NCBI RefSeq assembly: GCF_020745735.1
Contig: NC_083406.1
Location: forward strand, 46,932,255 to 46,996,254
Reading direction: 5' to 3'
From: Hemiscyllium ocellatum
Taxonomy: Eukaryota
Length of the DNA: 64,000 nt
The notes under the pieces were generated by a model. It made no database searches. It was not told the DNA's origin and worked only from the letters and a program-made list of their open reading frames with translations. A program made the position numbers and the translations under genes. Shown piece after piece: positions 49,628-62,497 of this stretch; position 1 is the stretch's first letter; every line of letters begins with the position of its first letter.

Positions 49628-49985
49628 GAGTCATAGAGTCATACAGCATGGAAACAGACCCTTCAGTTCAACTCATCCATACCAACTAAGTTTCTCAAAT
49701 TAAATTTGCCCCACTTGCCTGCATTTGGTCCATACCCCTCTAAACCGTTTTTATTTATATATCTGTCCAAATGTCTTATTACAATTTTGTAATTGTACTT
49801 GCTTCTACCACTTTTTCTGGCAGCTCAATCCACATATGGATCACCTATGTGAAAAGCTACACCTCAGGTCCTCTTTAAATCTTTCTTTTCTCACTTTAAA
49901 TCTATGGCTCCCCATAGTTTGAACTCCCCCACTCTAGGGAAAAGACTGTTGTTGGCCTTATTTATGCACCTCATGATTTTATAAG
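49628..49985 (-). mobile_element. HER1/CR1 3' end
   Basis: gagtcatagagtcatacagcatggaaacagacccttc. Confidence 0.9.
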
Positions 49986-50214
49986 CTCACTGAGGATCAG
50001 CATTCTTATTTTAAACCCATTGAACCATGATCTTCTGTGGCTCACAAGCCCTAGACTGCCCCCTGAGCAACTGAGTTAGAGGCCGGGACAATATCAACTG
50101 AATCAGAAGGCCTCAGCTTTAGACCCATGTCCTTCCTTTGTGTCTGATCTCCTGAGTTCATCACCTTAAGTTCAGCATGTTTTACCACTTCTGTCAACCT
50201 GCTGAAGTAGGGTT

Positions 50215-50853
50215 GTTAATAAAGCATATGGCGTTTTGGCTTTCATTAACAGGGGGATTGAGTTTAAGAGCCGTGAGATCTTGTTGCAACTCTATAAAAC
50301 TTTGGCTAGACTGCACTTGGAATACTGTGTCCAGTTCTGGTCGCCCTATTATAGGAAAGATGTGGATGCTTTGGAGAGGGTTCAGAGGAGGTTAACCAGG
50401 ATGCTGCCTGGAATGGAGGGCTTATATTACGAAGAGAAGTTGACTGACCTCGGACTTTTATCATTGGAGAAAAGAAAGAAGAGAGGGGACCTAATTGAGG
50501 TGTACAAGATAATGAGAGGCATAGATAGAGTTGATAGCCAGAGACTTTTTCCCCGGGCAGAAATTGTTAACACGAGAGGTTTTAAGCTGTTTGGCGGAAA
50601 GTAGAGAGGGGATGTCAGAGGCGGGTTCTTTACGCAGAATGTTATGAGAGCGTGGAATGTGTTGCCAGCAGCAGTTGTGGAAGCGAGGTCATTGGGGATA
50701 TTTAAGAGACTGCTGGATATGTATATGGTCACAGAAATTTGAGGGTTCGCATATTAGGTTTACCTTACATGAAGATCAATGGTCGGCACAACATAGTGGG
50801 CTGAAGGGCCTGTTTTGTGCTGTACTGTTCTATGTTCTATGTTCTCTATGTTC
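50215..50853 (+). mobile_element. CR1 3' fragment, (TTCTATG)n-tail subfamily
   Basis: ORF 50236-50604 gives LQLYKTLARLHLEYCVQFWSP...RGDLIEVYKIMRG. Confidence 0.95.
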
Positions 50854-51089
50854 TAAATAAGTTCAAGAAAATCTGCTTCAAAAGTTTGTTTTGTTTTATA
50901 AAATTGTCAAAAACTAGAAACTAAAAATCAAAAACATTTCATGACTCTTGGTGTCAGATTTATAAATGTTGTGCTATGTCAAATAAGGAAAAAGAGTTGC
51001 CACATTTTCCCTCTCCTCACCTTATCATGATGAAGTAAACTATGCGATAATTATATATACTTTCCACTTGAGTGGATAAAGTTTGAAAA

Positions 51090-51420
51090 AAAATGTTGCA
51101 TTCATATAGAATCTTTCATAGCTTTGGAATATTCTGGAGTACTTTACAACTCAATAAGCATGTTTAAAATATAGCTTCTGTCGCAATGTAGAAAGTGTGA
51201 CAGGAAAGTTATACACAGTAAACCTAGATGAAATGAGATTCTAATTATTTGTCTACCCTTGATTTGGTTGTTTGGTTTTGGTTGACGAAAAAATGTTCAA
51301 GAGATATGAGGATAACCCCTCTGCTGTTCTAAGGAAATAGCAGCATTTTCTACATTCACTTTGATAGACATGTGGAGGAAGATACTCACACTCACAAATG
51401 GCTTTGATGTTCCAGCATAG
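51090..51420 (-). mobile_element. Decayed Deu-domain SINE with L2-type tail
   Basis: ttgcattcatatag (antisense L2 tail), caatgtagaaa..gacag, gaggataacccctctgctgttct..gaaatag; paralogous to 52440-52670. Confidence 0.5.
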
Positions 51421-51497
51421 ATTAAAATATTCTTGAATCAACTTGTTAGGACATCCTATGACACACCTTGGAGGCAACCCAGACTTTCTGCTCCAAT

Positions 51498-51824
51498 GGG
51501 CAGCATGGTGGCTCAGCAGTTAGCACTGCTGCCTCACAGCACCAGGGTCCTGGGTTTGATTCCTGCCTTGGGCAACTGTCTGTGTAGAGTTGCATATTCT
51601 CCCTGTGTCTGTGTGGGTTTCCTCCAGGTGCTCTGGTTTCCTCCCATAATCCAAAGATGTGTAGGCCAGGTGAATTGGTCATGTTAAATTGCAGACAGTG
51701 TTAGGTGTATTATTTGGGTAAATATAGTGTGGGGGAATGGGTCTGGATGTGTTACCTTTCGGAGGATTGGTGTGGACTTCTTGGGCTGAAGGGCCTGTTT
51801 CCACACTGTAAGGAATCTAACCTA
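51498..51824 (+). mobile_element. HE1-type V-SINE
   Basis: gggcagcatggtggctcagcagttagcactgctgcctcacagc...ggcctgtttccacactgtaagg. Confidence 0.92.
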
Positions 51825-51994
51825 GGTGGGAACCCTGCTACTGCACCACAAACGCTTCTGGCCTCCATTGAATGCTGCCCTTTAACATATTAAAAAAGTT
51901 TTTAGTTGTTTGAAACTCATTGATTAATTCAACATTCTCAGTTTACTTGATATTCAAAATAATTGGCAGAAAAATATAATCTGGTGCATTATAC

Positions 51995-52045
51995 ATTGAA
52001 CTGAATTGAATTAAATTGAATTGAATTGAATTAACTTTATTGTCT
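51995..52045 (-). repeat. (TTCAA)n retroposon tail remnant
   Basis: Antisense gacaataaag followed by ttcaa repeats. Confidence 0.6.
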
Positions 52046-52429
52046 ACATTACATTCTGCAGTGCATCACAGTGTCCAAAATGTTGTTATCAGATAGTCGA
52101 AACTGATCACCACTTCTGCAGGAGGCAAAGAAAAACGCAAAACCAAAACTTTCAAGTGAAATGCCAACATTCAGAGAAACTCGATACTCTGAAATGAACT
52201 TATGCTCCTCAGAGAAAGAGGCGGAGCATTTTTTAAAATGTTTGAGTTGTGCACCCCTCTTCCCAAATCATCCTGTAAATGCAAGTATTTCTGAGTGTTT
52301 CTATGATGAGTGTTTCAAAGAGGTTGGCATTTGGGTGAATCATGCTGAATTCGAAGAGACCGAAAGGAAACAAAAAGCATGCCTCTATATGATGTCTTGC
52401 ACAGTCATACGATGTCCTAAAGTGCTTGA

Positions 52430-53410
52430 TATTCATTGAAGTAATTTTGAATAATGCTTATGTTAAAACTGTGACAACCAATTTTTGCACAGAAGGGCTG
52501 AACAAACAATCATATGTCAATGACCAGATAAATCTGGTTCTGGTGATGTAAGTTGAGGGATAAATTTTGGCTAAAATTCCAAGGAAATCACCTCTGCTCT
52601 TTAAAATAGTTGTCAAGGTCTTTTGCCTTTGAGAGAATAGATGGAGCATTGTTTTGTTGCCTCGTCCAAAAGAATTAGATTTAGAATTAGGTTTATTGTC
52701 ATTTGTACTCAAGTACAGAAGTACAGGAATACAGTGAAAATTGTACAACATTGCCTTGCCTGGCTCCATTTTAGGTACAAATGTACCTGTACAAAATCTT
52801 GAGTATAAAATAGAAAAGTAAAGAAATAAAAGTTCAACATTAGAGTTCTTCTATAGCCACGGGCCTGCAGTTGCTCCATGCTGGGCTTTACCCACAAGGG
52901 CTTACTCTCCCCCAAATTTGGCCTACACACCCCATAAGGGCATGCTGTCCCCCATGCTGGGCTGAGTCCCTCAACACTGACAGCCACCTGTGCTCACCAT
53001 TTGGGCTTGCCAGCCACCTCGCCACCAACTGCCATCTGGACTCACCATCTGCTTCCCTGCAAATTGCCATCCCGGCTCGTCACTGCTTTGTTATAGATCT
53101 TAATCCAGGCTCACCAGCTGCTTCATCACTGACCACCATCTGGGCTCCTCAACAGCTGCTGTTCCTCCGCCAACCATCAAAGTCTTGCTGGCCCCAGTTG
53201 TTGCCGTGCTCTGAACTCTAGAGTCCAGTGCCATCACCGCCGCTGCCTCCATGACTAACCTTTCTCCAGAAAGTAAATAAAACTAAATATGGCTTCTCTG
53301 ACAGAATCACTCCTTCTGTATGTCATTGCAGTGCTTAGATTCTGGTGTGCACATCTGTCAAGTAGAAGTTGAAGCAACATCTTCTGAATCAGGAGAGAAA
53401 TCACTGCATT
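52430..53410 (-). mobile_element. Deu-domain (AmnSINE1/SacSINE1-like) SINE split by an insertion at ~52672-53285
   Basis: aatgaccagataa.tctg...gttgagggataaat.ttggc...ctgctct...aaatagt...ctcgtccaaaaga | tggcttctctgacag...ttgaagcaacatcttctgaatcagg (antisense B-box region). Confidence 0.7.
52672..53285 (-). mobile_element. Unclassified non-coding retroposon with a Rex1-like 3' tail
   Basis: The minus strand ends ttttcactgtattcctgtac...gacaataaacctaattctaaatc; the ttttcactgta motif is shared with the Rex1 tail at ~35081; the 5' part is GC-richer with no coding similarity. Confidence 0.5.
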
Positions 53411-54779
53411 ACGATTAACATCTCACACTATCTTATGGTACACTATTCACACTTTATGGTGGACATTAGGTGCGCTTGTCAGATTAGAAAACAGACAGAA
53501 GAAATATTTTATCACAATATCCAACACTATCCTGCTTTTAGTGCATTCTATCTTGTGATGTACACATACATTTTCTATACTTAATAGCAGATTGTATCAG
53601 TAGCTCACATGTTTTGCTTTGCACCATAATCCATGTTACAGTTTTGGGTTCGCTTCCAGTCTTTCAAGGGGAGATTGAGAATCCTTGATCTTAAACTTTG
53701 GTACCATTGGATAATATTATTGCAGTGTTCAATAGGTTCTTTCCCATCATTGTGACATGAACTCACATTGTTAAAGTAAGAGATTTCACCAATACCACCA
53801 TACTTCCACTCACCATGTGCCTTACTTCACTTCGATCACAGGCTGGTTAGTGCAAAGGGCTATGCAGTATTAGTGGAGTGTTCCACAGGACAGGAAGGAT
53901 GAACATTGTACATAACAACTTTTGTCACATAGTCTCCTTACCTCACTCTGCCTGTATGTCTCTTTATCTGCAAGCTCTCACTCCCCCACTGTGTAATCCA
54001 AAATATTATTACAAGTAGTATTTCATCAAACAGTATTTTGACATTTGTATAACACATCCAAAGAAGACAGGCATGATGAAATGTTAATTAAAGCTGGAAT
54101 TAAGATTTCATCCTCAGAGAGGCATTGGGTTCCCTAAGAGCTGTTACTTTAATCAGGACAAATTGAAATAATTTTTTTTCTCGTTTCTTTTTCTAAATAT
54201 AAGTTTAATTGCATATGATAAAGACATACTGAATATAGTTAGCAGCATTTTATAATTACACATGGAATAATAAAAAGTGCTATGAGATGACAGAACTTTT
54301 GATCAGTACCAACATGTCTGATCTATTTGGATGGAGCCACATATCTTTCACCTTTGGCAAGTCAACTCAGGCCAGAGTTGCCAAATTATTTATAATATAA
54401 ACTGGGTAACAACCATAACCATAACTCTTGTAAATTTTAGCTGCTAGGATTTGCTGCCCACTCTTTACTCAAGAAAGAAGAATACCAGCCCTGTCTGTCT
54501 GAAAAGGAAGAAGATTTGATAGACATTTAGCTAGTCTAGTTCTGCACAACTTAATTTGTAAGAAACTGACCTTCACTGGTCCTGCCTTTGTCATCATAAA
54601 TAGCTTAGTGGATTTGTTTTCATCTGAAGGATCCAAAATACAAAGAATTCATCAAAGATAATTTTAATTGCAGAAAATTGCCTCATGTCTGTGAGAACAT
54701 TATTCATTTTTGGATATGATGCCTTTGTGCCCATGAACCATTGACTGGGGAAATGTGTGCAGGAGAATTTTCTTCTTTA

Positions 54780-54905
54780 GTTCTGAGTCACAGACTCAAA
54801 ACATTGACTATGTTTCTCTCTCTACAGATGCTGGCAGACCTACATTTCTCCAGCATTCTCTGTGCTCATTTCAGATTTCTAGCTTCTGGAGTAGGTTGTT
54901 TTATT
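54780..54905 (+). mobile_element. PLE family C terminal fragment with decayed hammerhead
   Basis: gttctgagtcacagactcaaaacattgac...acagatgctggcagacct...tttctccagcatt...tttcagatttc. Confidence 0.65.
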
Positions 54906-55454
54906 AAAAGAATTAGTGTCAGCAGAAAGGAATAGGAAAGGAACAATGCAAGGGAGAATTAAGAGGTAATTGTCGAACTGTAGAAGTTTGAACAGTTTTC
55001 ATTGTGACATCTGAGTTTCACCATTAAATATATTTTATAGGGAATAAGGAGTAAAGTTCTTCATCGAATTTGATCTGATTTGGACTCTTCCCTGTTGTTT
55101 TGGCATTTTTCTTTTTCAAAGCTTTAAAACCTGTCCACATGCTGCCAATATGCCAGCCATTCATAAGACTCAAGAGAAAACTTCAGTGTCAAGTGTGACT
55201 ACCGATAATGGATGGAGTCAGCATTCAGCTCTCTCAAACAACTTCGATTTTCCAAATTGTTCAAATTCAGCTAGTTCTTAGGACGTCTGATTAGATAATT
55301 TATATTATTATTTATCATCTACAGTTGGATTTATGAATGTTCAAATGAAAAAAAAGAAGTCCAGATTAAATTGCATGCATGTGCATATGTGTGCATTTGA
55401 GCTGTAGCTGATAAGTTGTTGAACTTTGCATTAGAATGGTAACAGAGAAAGCAC

Positions 55455-56325
55455 GAGTGTGGCCTCACCAAAGTCTTGTAAAGCTGCAACATGACACCCT
55501 GACCCTTGTACTCAACTCCCTGGCCAATAAAGGCAAGCACGCCATATGCCTTCTTCACAACCCAATTTAATTGTTTGACCACTTTCAGGGGACTATGGAC
55601 TTGAACCTCAAGACCATTGTGTACATCAATGCTGTTCAGGGTCCTGCCATTAACTGTATACCTTTCCTGAACATTTGATCTCCCAAAATGCAGCACCTCA
55701 CATTTAAATCCATGTAAATAACATCCACTGCTCTACCCTCATCGATCACATTCTTCGCTTGCTCAAAAAATCCAACCAATTTAGTCAGACATGACCTGCC
55801 CTGTATAAAGCCATGCTGACTGTCCCTAAGTAGGCCATGCTTTTCCAAATGCATGTAAGTCTTGTCCCTAAGAGTCTCTCCAAAAGCTTCTGAACCACCG
55901 ATGTGAGACTTACTGGCCTATAGTCTCTGGTTGATCTCTATTTCCCTTATTGAACAGGGAAACTGTTCAAGAACTAATTGCCAGTTCTTCTGAAACTCTC
56001 CAGTGGTTAGTGAGGATACAAAGACCTTGGTCAAGGCCTCAGCAATCTCCTCTCTTGCCTCTGTCATCAACCAGGGCCTGGGGAGCCCTGGGGATTTATC
56101 CACCTTAATGCTGTTCAAGAGACACAACACCACTTCTTTCTTGATCTCATGTTAACGTTCTCCACACAAATATCATTATCTTCCATATCCTTCTGGGTGA
56201 ATACTGATACAAAGTATTCATTTAGACTCTCATCCGCATCTTCTGCTTCCAAGCACAAGTTCCCTTCTTTACCCTTGAGTGGTCCTATCTTATCTCTCAT
56301 TATCCTCTTGTTTTTAGTATATTAT
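55455..56325 (-). mobile_element. CR1 ORF2 (linker-RT) fragment with internal deletions
   Basis: LNEYFVSVFT; IKVDKSPG; HLEKHGLLRDSQHGFIQGRSCLTKL..GRAVDVIYMD; LQLYKTLVRPH. Confidence 0.92.
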
Positions 56326-56893
56326 AATTGAGAGAGCATGCAGAATTCCTGTTGCCTGCCAATTTAAGTCACTGTGATAGGTATTCCACCCTGAATTGCA
56401 ACGCAGCTTGGCTACATGGCTCAGTTGGAGGCTCCGGGTTCCTGCTAACCTGTCACTCAATCTCAGATTCCAGTCAAACACCAGGTGCATACTTAATAGA
56501 GTGGCAGAGTGGATGTGGCACTGAGATATGAAAATCATGCACTTGGGCAGGAGAAATAGATAATGCAGATGCTGGCTCCCAGGAAGGCACATGGATCCTG
56601 CTGCAGAGAACTCAAATGATGACTTTGATGTGGAGTGTGCAAGAAAAGGCTGATCAATATATATGCAGAAAAGCATTGGCAGCACTGACTTGGCTAAATT
56701 CTCAGTGAAAGTGGGAAGGGGAGCTCAGCTCCAATTTGGCAAACAGCTTATTGCACAGAGCTTGAAAGACGTTCATTGTCGAGTGAAAATGATGTTGAAC
56801 CCGATGAGAACACTTGCAGACCTAAACATAGTGCAGTGTTTAGTGGTGACATCTGGAATTCCAGTGCAGGACAAGCAGAAAACTTCTAACAAT

Positions 56894-57200
56894 GGGGCGG
56901 CACGGTGGCTCAGTGGTTAGCACTGCAGCCTCACAGCGCCAGGGACCCAGGTTCGATTCCAGCCTTGGTCTACTGTCTGTGTGGAGTTTGCACATTCTCC
57001 CCGTGTCTACATGGGTTTCCTCCGAGTGCTCTGGTTTCCTCCCACAATCCAAAGATGTGCAGGTCAGGTGGATTGGCCATGCTAAATTGCCCGTAGTGTT
57101 CAGTGCATTAGGCAGAGGGAAGTGGATCTGGATGGGTTACTCTTCAGAGGGTCAGTGTAGACTTGTTGGGCTGAAGGGCCTGTAGGGAATGTAATCTAAA
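56894..57200 (+). mobile_element. HE1-type V-SINE
   Basis: GGGGCGGCACGGTGGCTCAGTGGTTAGCAC...GGTTCGATTCC. Confidence 0.95.
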
Positions 57201-57519
57201 TGCTACAGTAGAAGGAAGTGCGAGCTATGGTTAAGAAGACTTTTGTTTCCCTGCAAGTCCATTCTAGCATGTTCAGACTGCTGCCACCTTGCAGTACACG
57301 CCAGAACAGAAGATAGTAGTGAGAAGCAATAAGGAGGAGTGTGGGAGATGTTGACTCACTCACCACAACTGAGAAGGGAACAGCTCATGACCTGGTGTCA
57401 AAGAACAATAAAGCCCTGCGTATTACATTATTGTAACATTCCCCTCTTTCCCTCCTCTGTGAACCAGAAAAAAGAGATAAAGTTTGTTAGAAAATTTGCT
57501 TGTGGCTTAGAAGCAGTAG

Positions 57520-58345
57520 AGCCTCAGCAGTGAGTCAAAGTACTACTGTTGAGGTCAAACTGTGGGCTTTGTTGAGCACTAGCCTTTGCTGAGGAAGGTG
57601 AGTAGCATTAAGATATAGCAAGGTCAGTTCTTTCCTTTTCTTTTAATCCAATAGTTTCTAGAGGGGAAGTAATGACAGTTAATGGAATGACATACTGCTC
57701 CTGTGAGATGTGGGAGATCAGAGAGTAATCAAATAACCCTGAAAACATACAGCACGGAAACAGACCCTTCAGCCCAACTTGTCCAAGGTTTCCTAAATGA
57801 ACTAGTCCCAATTGTCTGTGCAAAGTGTATCCACCTCCAGCTCCTCTCAGACTGCATTGGTCAATCCACTGAGGAATGGAAGCAGAATACAGGCGACAGA
57901 AGGTTTTATAGATATGAGTTTCAAGGATGTAGTCTTACCAAAAGTTAGGTGAGTTAGGTGGGTGACCACTAAGAAGGGCAGGCAAACAAATATACTGTTT
58001 TGGATACTGCTTGAGGGAATAGCCTCTCAGTGGAATGAAACAACAGAAGCTGAATCAGTGGCACCACAACTAGCTTTGCTGTACAACAGGAAAAGTAGAA
58101 GTGTATATGATAGGGGACTCTATAGTCAGAGCACATAATGTGGCTATAATAGAGACTCCAGGATGGACAGTTGCCTCCCTGTTGCCAGTGTTCAGGATGT
58201 CTCTCAGTGGGTACAAGGTATTCTGAAAGGGGAGGTTGAACAGCCAGTGATTGTGGTCTTTAGTAGTATGAATAGCATAGGCAGAAGAAAGGTGAGGATC
58301 TGTAAAGGGAATTTAGGGATTTAGATAGAAAGTTAAAAAGCAGCT
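57520..58345 (+). mobile_element. CR1 5' region/ORF1 remnant (Cys motif plus SGNH esterase) with a short antisense HER1 tail at ~57720-57812
   Basis: CSCEMWEI..VCAKCIHLQLL; IGDSIVR..DSRM..CLP.A.VQDVS..ILKGE.EQPVIVV. Confidence 0.8.
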
Positions 58346-59064
58346 AGCATAGGTGCAAAGGGCTGAACACCCTCCTGAATTCTCTTATTCTGCTATTATA
58401 TCGAGCCTTCAACATGGAAAGTGTCCCACAGTGTTTTACACAGAGTGGGAAGAAAGAAACATTTATTGAAGAGAAAATGAGGGAGAGCTTACATTGCTCA
58501 ATTTAAAAGGAAGGTTTTAAGAAATTTCCCTCGTGGTTAAAAGGAAAATGCTGATATCACAATTTTTGTCATTAGATGAGGATTCTGTTTGGAAATTATA
58601 GTTGTTGCAATGAGTCATATTCTCAACTGAACCCTGTAAATTCTACAACATGTTTCAGCATGGGACTTTTAGAAAAATAATTTAAAAACTCAGAAACTTA
58701 TTAAAGTAAAAATGGCTGTGTGTCCAGTTAAGATCTTGTTGTTCATGCCGTCCAACATACTCTTTTTTTCCACTCAAAAGTATGTAAATATCAGTTGTTC
58801 TAACTATCAGCAACACTGAGTTTGATAGAAATTTATGTAAACAAGATTGAAATCAGGACATAAAATATCCTACCACGGCTATTAAAAGGGAGACTGAATG
58901 ATAGATGAGGGGAAAATAGTTTTGGAAAGAATTTACTTTTTCTGAGCAACGTCTACCTTCTATAGCTTGTTCAAACAAATATCTCATCTGTCTGCTCCAA
59001 CAACCAAGTTTGAGTACTGTATCCACACTGAAAGACATAGTGAAAAATGAAAATAAATGGGTTA

Positions 59065-59330
59065 TTACTTATCGTTTTCCTTCACAACAATTTCCATAAC
59101 ATTACAGACACTCATAAAAACTATCTTTTTGTCTCTGTCTTTGTGGTGGAAAAAGCTGGTTTACTACTGATTGATATGAAAACAGTGAAGAAAGAAAACA
59201 AGAAGTCATTACATACCATTTTCCTTCACAACAATTTCTATAACATTTGATATTCATAAAAACTATATTTTTGTCTCTGTCTTTGTGATGGAAAAAAGAT
59301 GGTTTACTGCTGATTGATAAGAAACACAAA
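59065..59330. repeat. Tandem duplication, ~144-bp period, about 1.8 copies
   Basis: ttttccttcacaacaatttc.ataacatt...cataaaaactat.tttttgtctctgtctttgtg.tggaaaaa...tggtttact.ctgattgata occurs twice. Confidence 0.9.
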
Positions 59331-59769
59331 ATCTTTGAAAAAAATTTGGCTATAAAATATAGCAGTGAACTGATTGTCAAATATGTATAATCATTACGTT
59401 ATTTAAAAAATGACTATACTACTGAGGTAATGATGGCTGTTAGAATATGTATGTGTAGTCAATGATGTAAGCTGCAATACTCCTTTCTTCCTCTTATTCG
59501 CCATTAATTAGAATTACGTTTATGCTACCCAGATGCAAGATTTACCATGAAGAGAACTGATAGCCTTGGATATAGTGCACTGTAGATTTCCCAAAACACT
59601 GTCAGCTTTCCAAGGATTTGAATTTTGAACTACATTTGTGTTATTCGGCTTTATATTCCCTGGAAATTAGAAGGTTAAGTGATAACTTGTTATGCAGTTT
59701 TTGAGATGTTAAGGAGAACAAATAAGGTGTAAAGAGAGAAAACACACCTTCTTCTGATTTCTTCTATAC

Positions 59770-61520
59770 AAAGTGAATCTGGGGAATTAATAATAAATAA
59801 TAAGGAGATGGTGGATAAACTAAACAAGTACGTTGCTTCAGTCTGCAGAGGATACATATCTCATCCCAGGAATAGCTGTAAATCAAGAAATAGAAGGGAG
59901 GTTGGAACTCAGGAAAATGACTATCATCAATGAAGCAAAACTGACTAAATTGTTGAAGTTGTGGGCTGCAACATCACCTGATTCTGAATTATTTGGTTTT
60001 AATATAAATGGCTATTGAAATCATTAGTGCATTGGTTTTAATGTTCCATAATTTCCTACATTGGTGCGCAATTCATTTGGAATGACAAATAGTGAATATA
60101 GTTCTTTTATTCAAAAAGGAAAGGAGACAGACTGCACAAAACTATAGGCCAGTTAGCTTAACATCTGCCACAGAGGAAATTCTAGAAACTATTATTAAAG
60201 ACACTATAGTGTGGCATTTTGAAAACTTTAAGGTAATCAGGTGTAAGCAATATGATTTTGGGAAAGGGAAATCATGTTTAACTAGTTTATTGGTGTTTGT
60301 TAAGGAAGTAACATATGCAGTAGATAAAGGGGAACCATTGGATGTACTGTTTAAATTTCCAAAAGGCACTTGTAAAGGTGTCACATTAAAAGAATTGGAG
60401 AAGATAAAAGCTTATGGTGTAATCGGTAACATGTTACAAAGATGAAAAATTGGCTGGTTAACAGGAGACAGGGAGTGTGGGAATTTTTTTAGGTTGGCAA
60501 GGCTTAATGAGTGCTGTGCTACAGGGATCGTTGCCAGAGCCTCAGCTTTTTCCAAGTAATATGTCCTTAGATGAAGGGAATGTTGATATGGTTTCTAAAT
60601 TTGCTGTTGTCACAAAGGTAGGTAATAAAGTAAGTTATGAAGAGGCCATAAGGAATCAACAAACATAGATACATCAAGGTCTGTCAAATGGATTGCTATA
60701 TAGGAAAGCATGATTTTTTTTGATTCTGACTGGAAGAATAAAGAAAGCATACGATCTATATGATGAGAGATTGCGGAGCTCTGAAATGGAGCAGGATCTA
60801 GGTGTCCCAAGACACGAGCCACATAATGTTACTCTGCAGGTCCACCCTTAATTAGGATAGCAAACAGAATGTTGTCACATTTTGCAAGGGGAATTGAATG
60901 CAAAATTAGGGAGGTTATGTTTCAGTTGCACAGGGCACTGGTGAGATCACATCTGGAGCACTGTGCAAAGTACTGTTCACCATACTTACACACACACATG
61001 TTAATGCATTCTGAGCAGTCAGAAATTTATGAAACTAATGTCTGGAGTGTTCTTTCATGAGGTTAAGTTGAAGAGGCTGGCCTTAGAATTTAAAGAGTTA
61101 GAGATGTCATTTGAAACATATGAGACATAAGTCTTTAACAGGCTAGATGTAGAGAAAGTATTTCTTCTTGCAGATGAATCATAAACTAGGTATCATTGCT
61201 TAAGAAATAGTGAGTTGCCCACTTAAAATGGAGTCTTGGAGAAATGTTTTCTCTCAGAGGATTGTGAACCTTTGGAACTATCTTCATCAAAAGACAATGG
61301 AAGCAGAGCCCTTGAATATTTTTAGGCAGCTAAAGATGGGCACCACGTGCTGGTCCAGCCTATGATGGCCATTTGCAGTGAATGAAGAACAAAAAAAGCA
61401 ATGGGTTTATTGGCAGAGGCAGGAACGTGGAGCAGTCAGATCAGCCATGATCTCATTGGATGATGGAGCAGGCTCAAGGAGGAGCTATATGGCCTGCTTT
61501 CTGTTCGTACATTACTATGT
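59770..61520 (+). mobile_element. Old CR1 RT to 3' end
   Basis: LFKK..RQ..QNYRPVSLTS; KGKSCLTSL; VLQGSL..PQLF; LVRSHLEHC; the tail of the 2822-type LINE/SINE is inserted at ~61330-61398. Confidence 0.88.
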
Positions 61521-62497
61521 TGTATGACAGACGGTTCAATTTTTTGAGTATTTACACTTTCTTTCAAACAATATTAAGTCTCTGTTCTGGATCTTCCGTA
61601 AAATGAGTTACAGAGACACGTGCATTCTATACCATTGCATTCTGTTGTGGAAAATCCAAAGTCTGATTCAATTTAATATTAGTCAGATCCATGGATCAAA
61701 CAAAGATACTTTTATGATTTTGCTATGATTTTCTCTTTCATACAGTGACTGTTCAGGAGTGAACTGAAGCATTATATATCTGAGGCTGGATTTCAGGTTA
61801 GAAATGCGGTATTAGTTTTAATAGTATCACAATCATAGCTTTGAAGTTAGGTGGCTTGTTAAATCCAGCAGTGGCTTGCCCACTATCTACCTGCTCACAC
61901 TCACCCTCTGCAGTTGTGCTGCAGACTGGAGTGGAGTCAGTTAGCCTGCCTGCCCCAGCCAGGGCCTTATTCCACTACCACCAGGATTTAACTGTTGGTG
62001 GGAGAAGCTAACATTTACGGTCAGCCTGGTAGGTTTACTTGCATGACTGAAGTGAGACATAGATCTTTGCATCCAAGAACAAAATGTTGTATAAATATTT
62101 TGCATTTTCAGACATTTTCCTGCAGTTTGGTCATCATGTCATGGTTACATTTTTGATTTTCTCTATTGACTGTTGCTAAGGCAAGAATTCTGAGTAGGAT
62201 GGATGAAGTGAATATTTTTCTGGCAAGTGGAAATACACTATCATATTTATGCTTCAAACCCATTGGCTAATTGTTGAGGAGGAAACTGCTAAACTTCAAC
62301 ACAGTCAGGTACTTACTCATTTAATAGCTGCTTTATGTTAGTGGTAGAACTGGAACCAGCCTCCAGAACAGTTAAAAGTAAGATTTGAGGGGGAGATGGT
62401 GTTGTGATAATCATTGCTGTATGTGTCATTGAACTAACAACCACCAGCCCACTAATGACTACTAGTTACCATTTGGGCTAGAGTTTTGCCTCTTTTC

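Noticed and set aside
52161-52439. 92-aa ORF in non-repeat DNA
   Set aside because: No recognisable motif or splice context; length is within chance expectation.
54353-54385. Small hairpin tttgg..caactc/gagttg ccaaa
   Set aside because: Short, single instance, expected by chance.
57270-57438. Possible LTR (tgtt...aataaa...taaca)
   Set aside because: No TSD and no second copy in the window.
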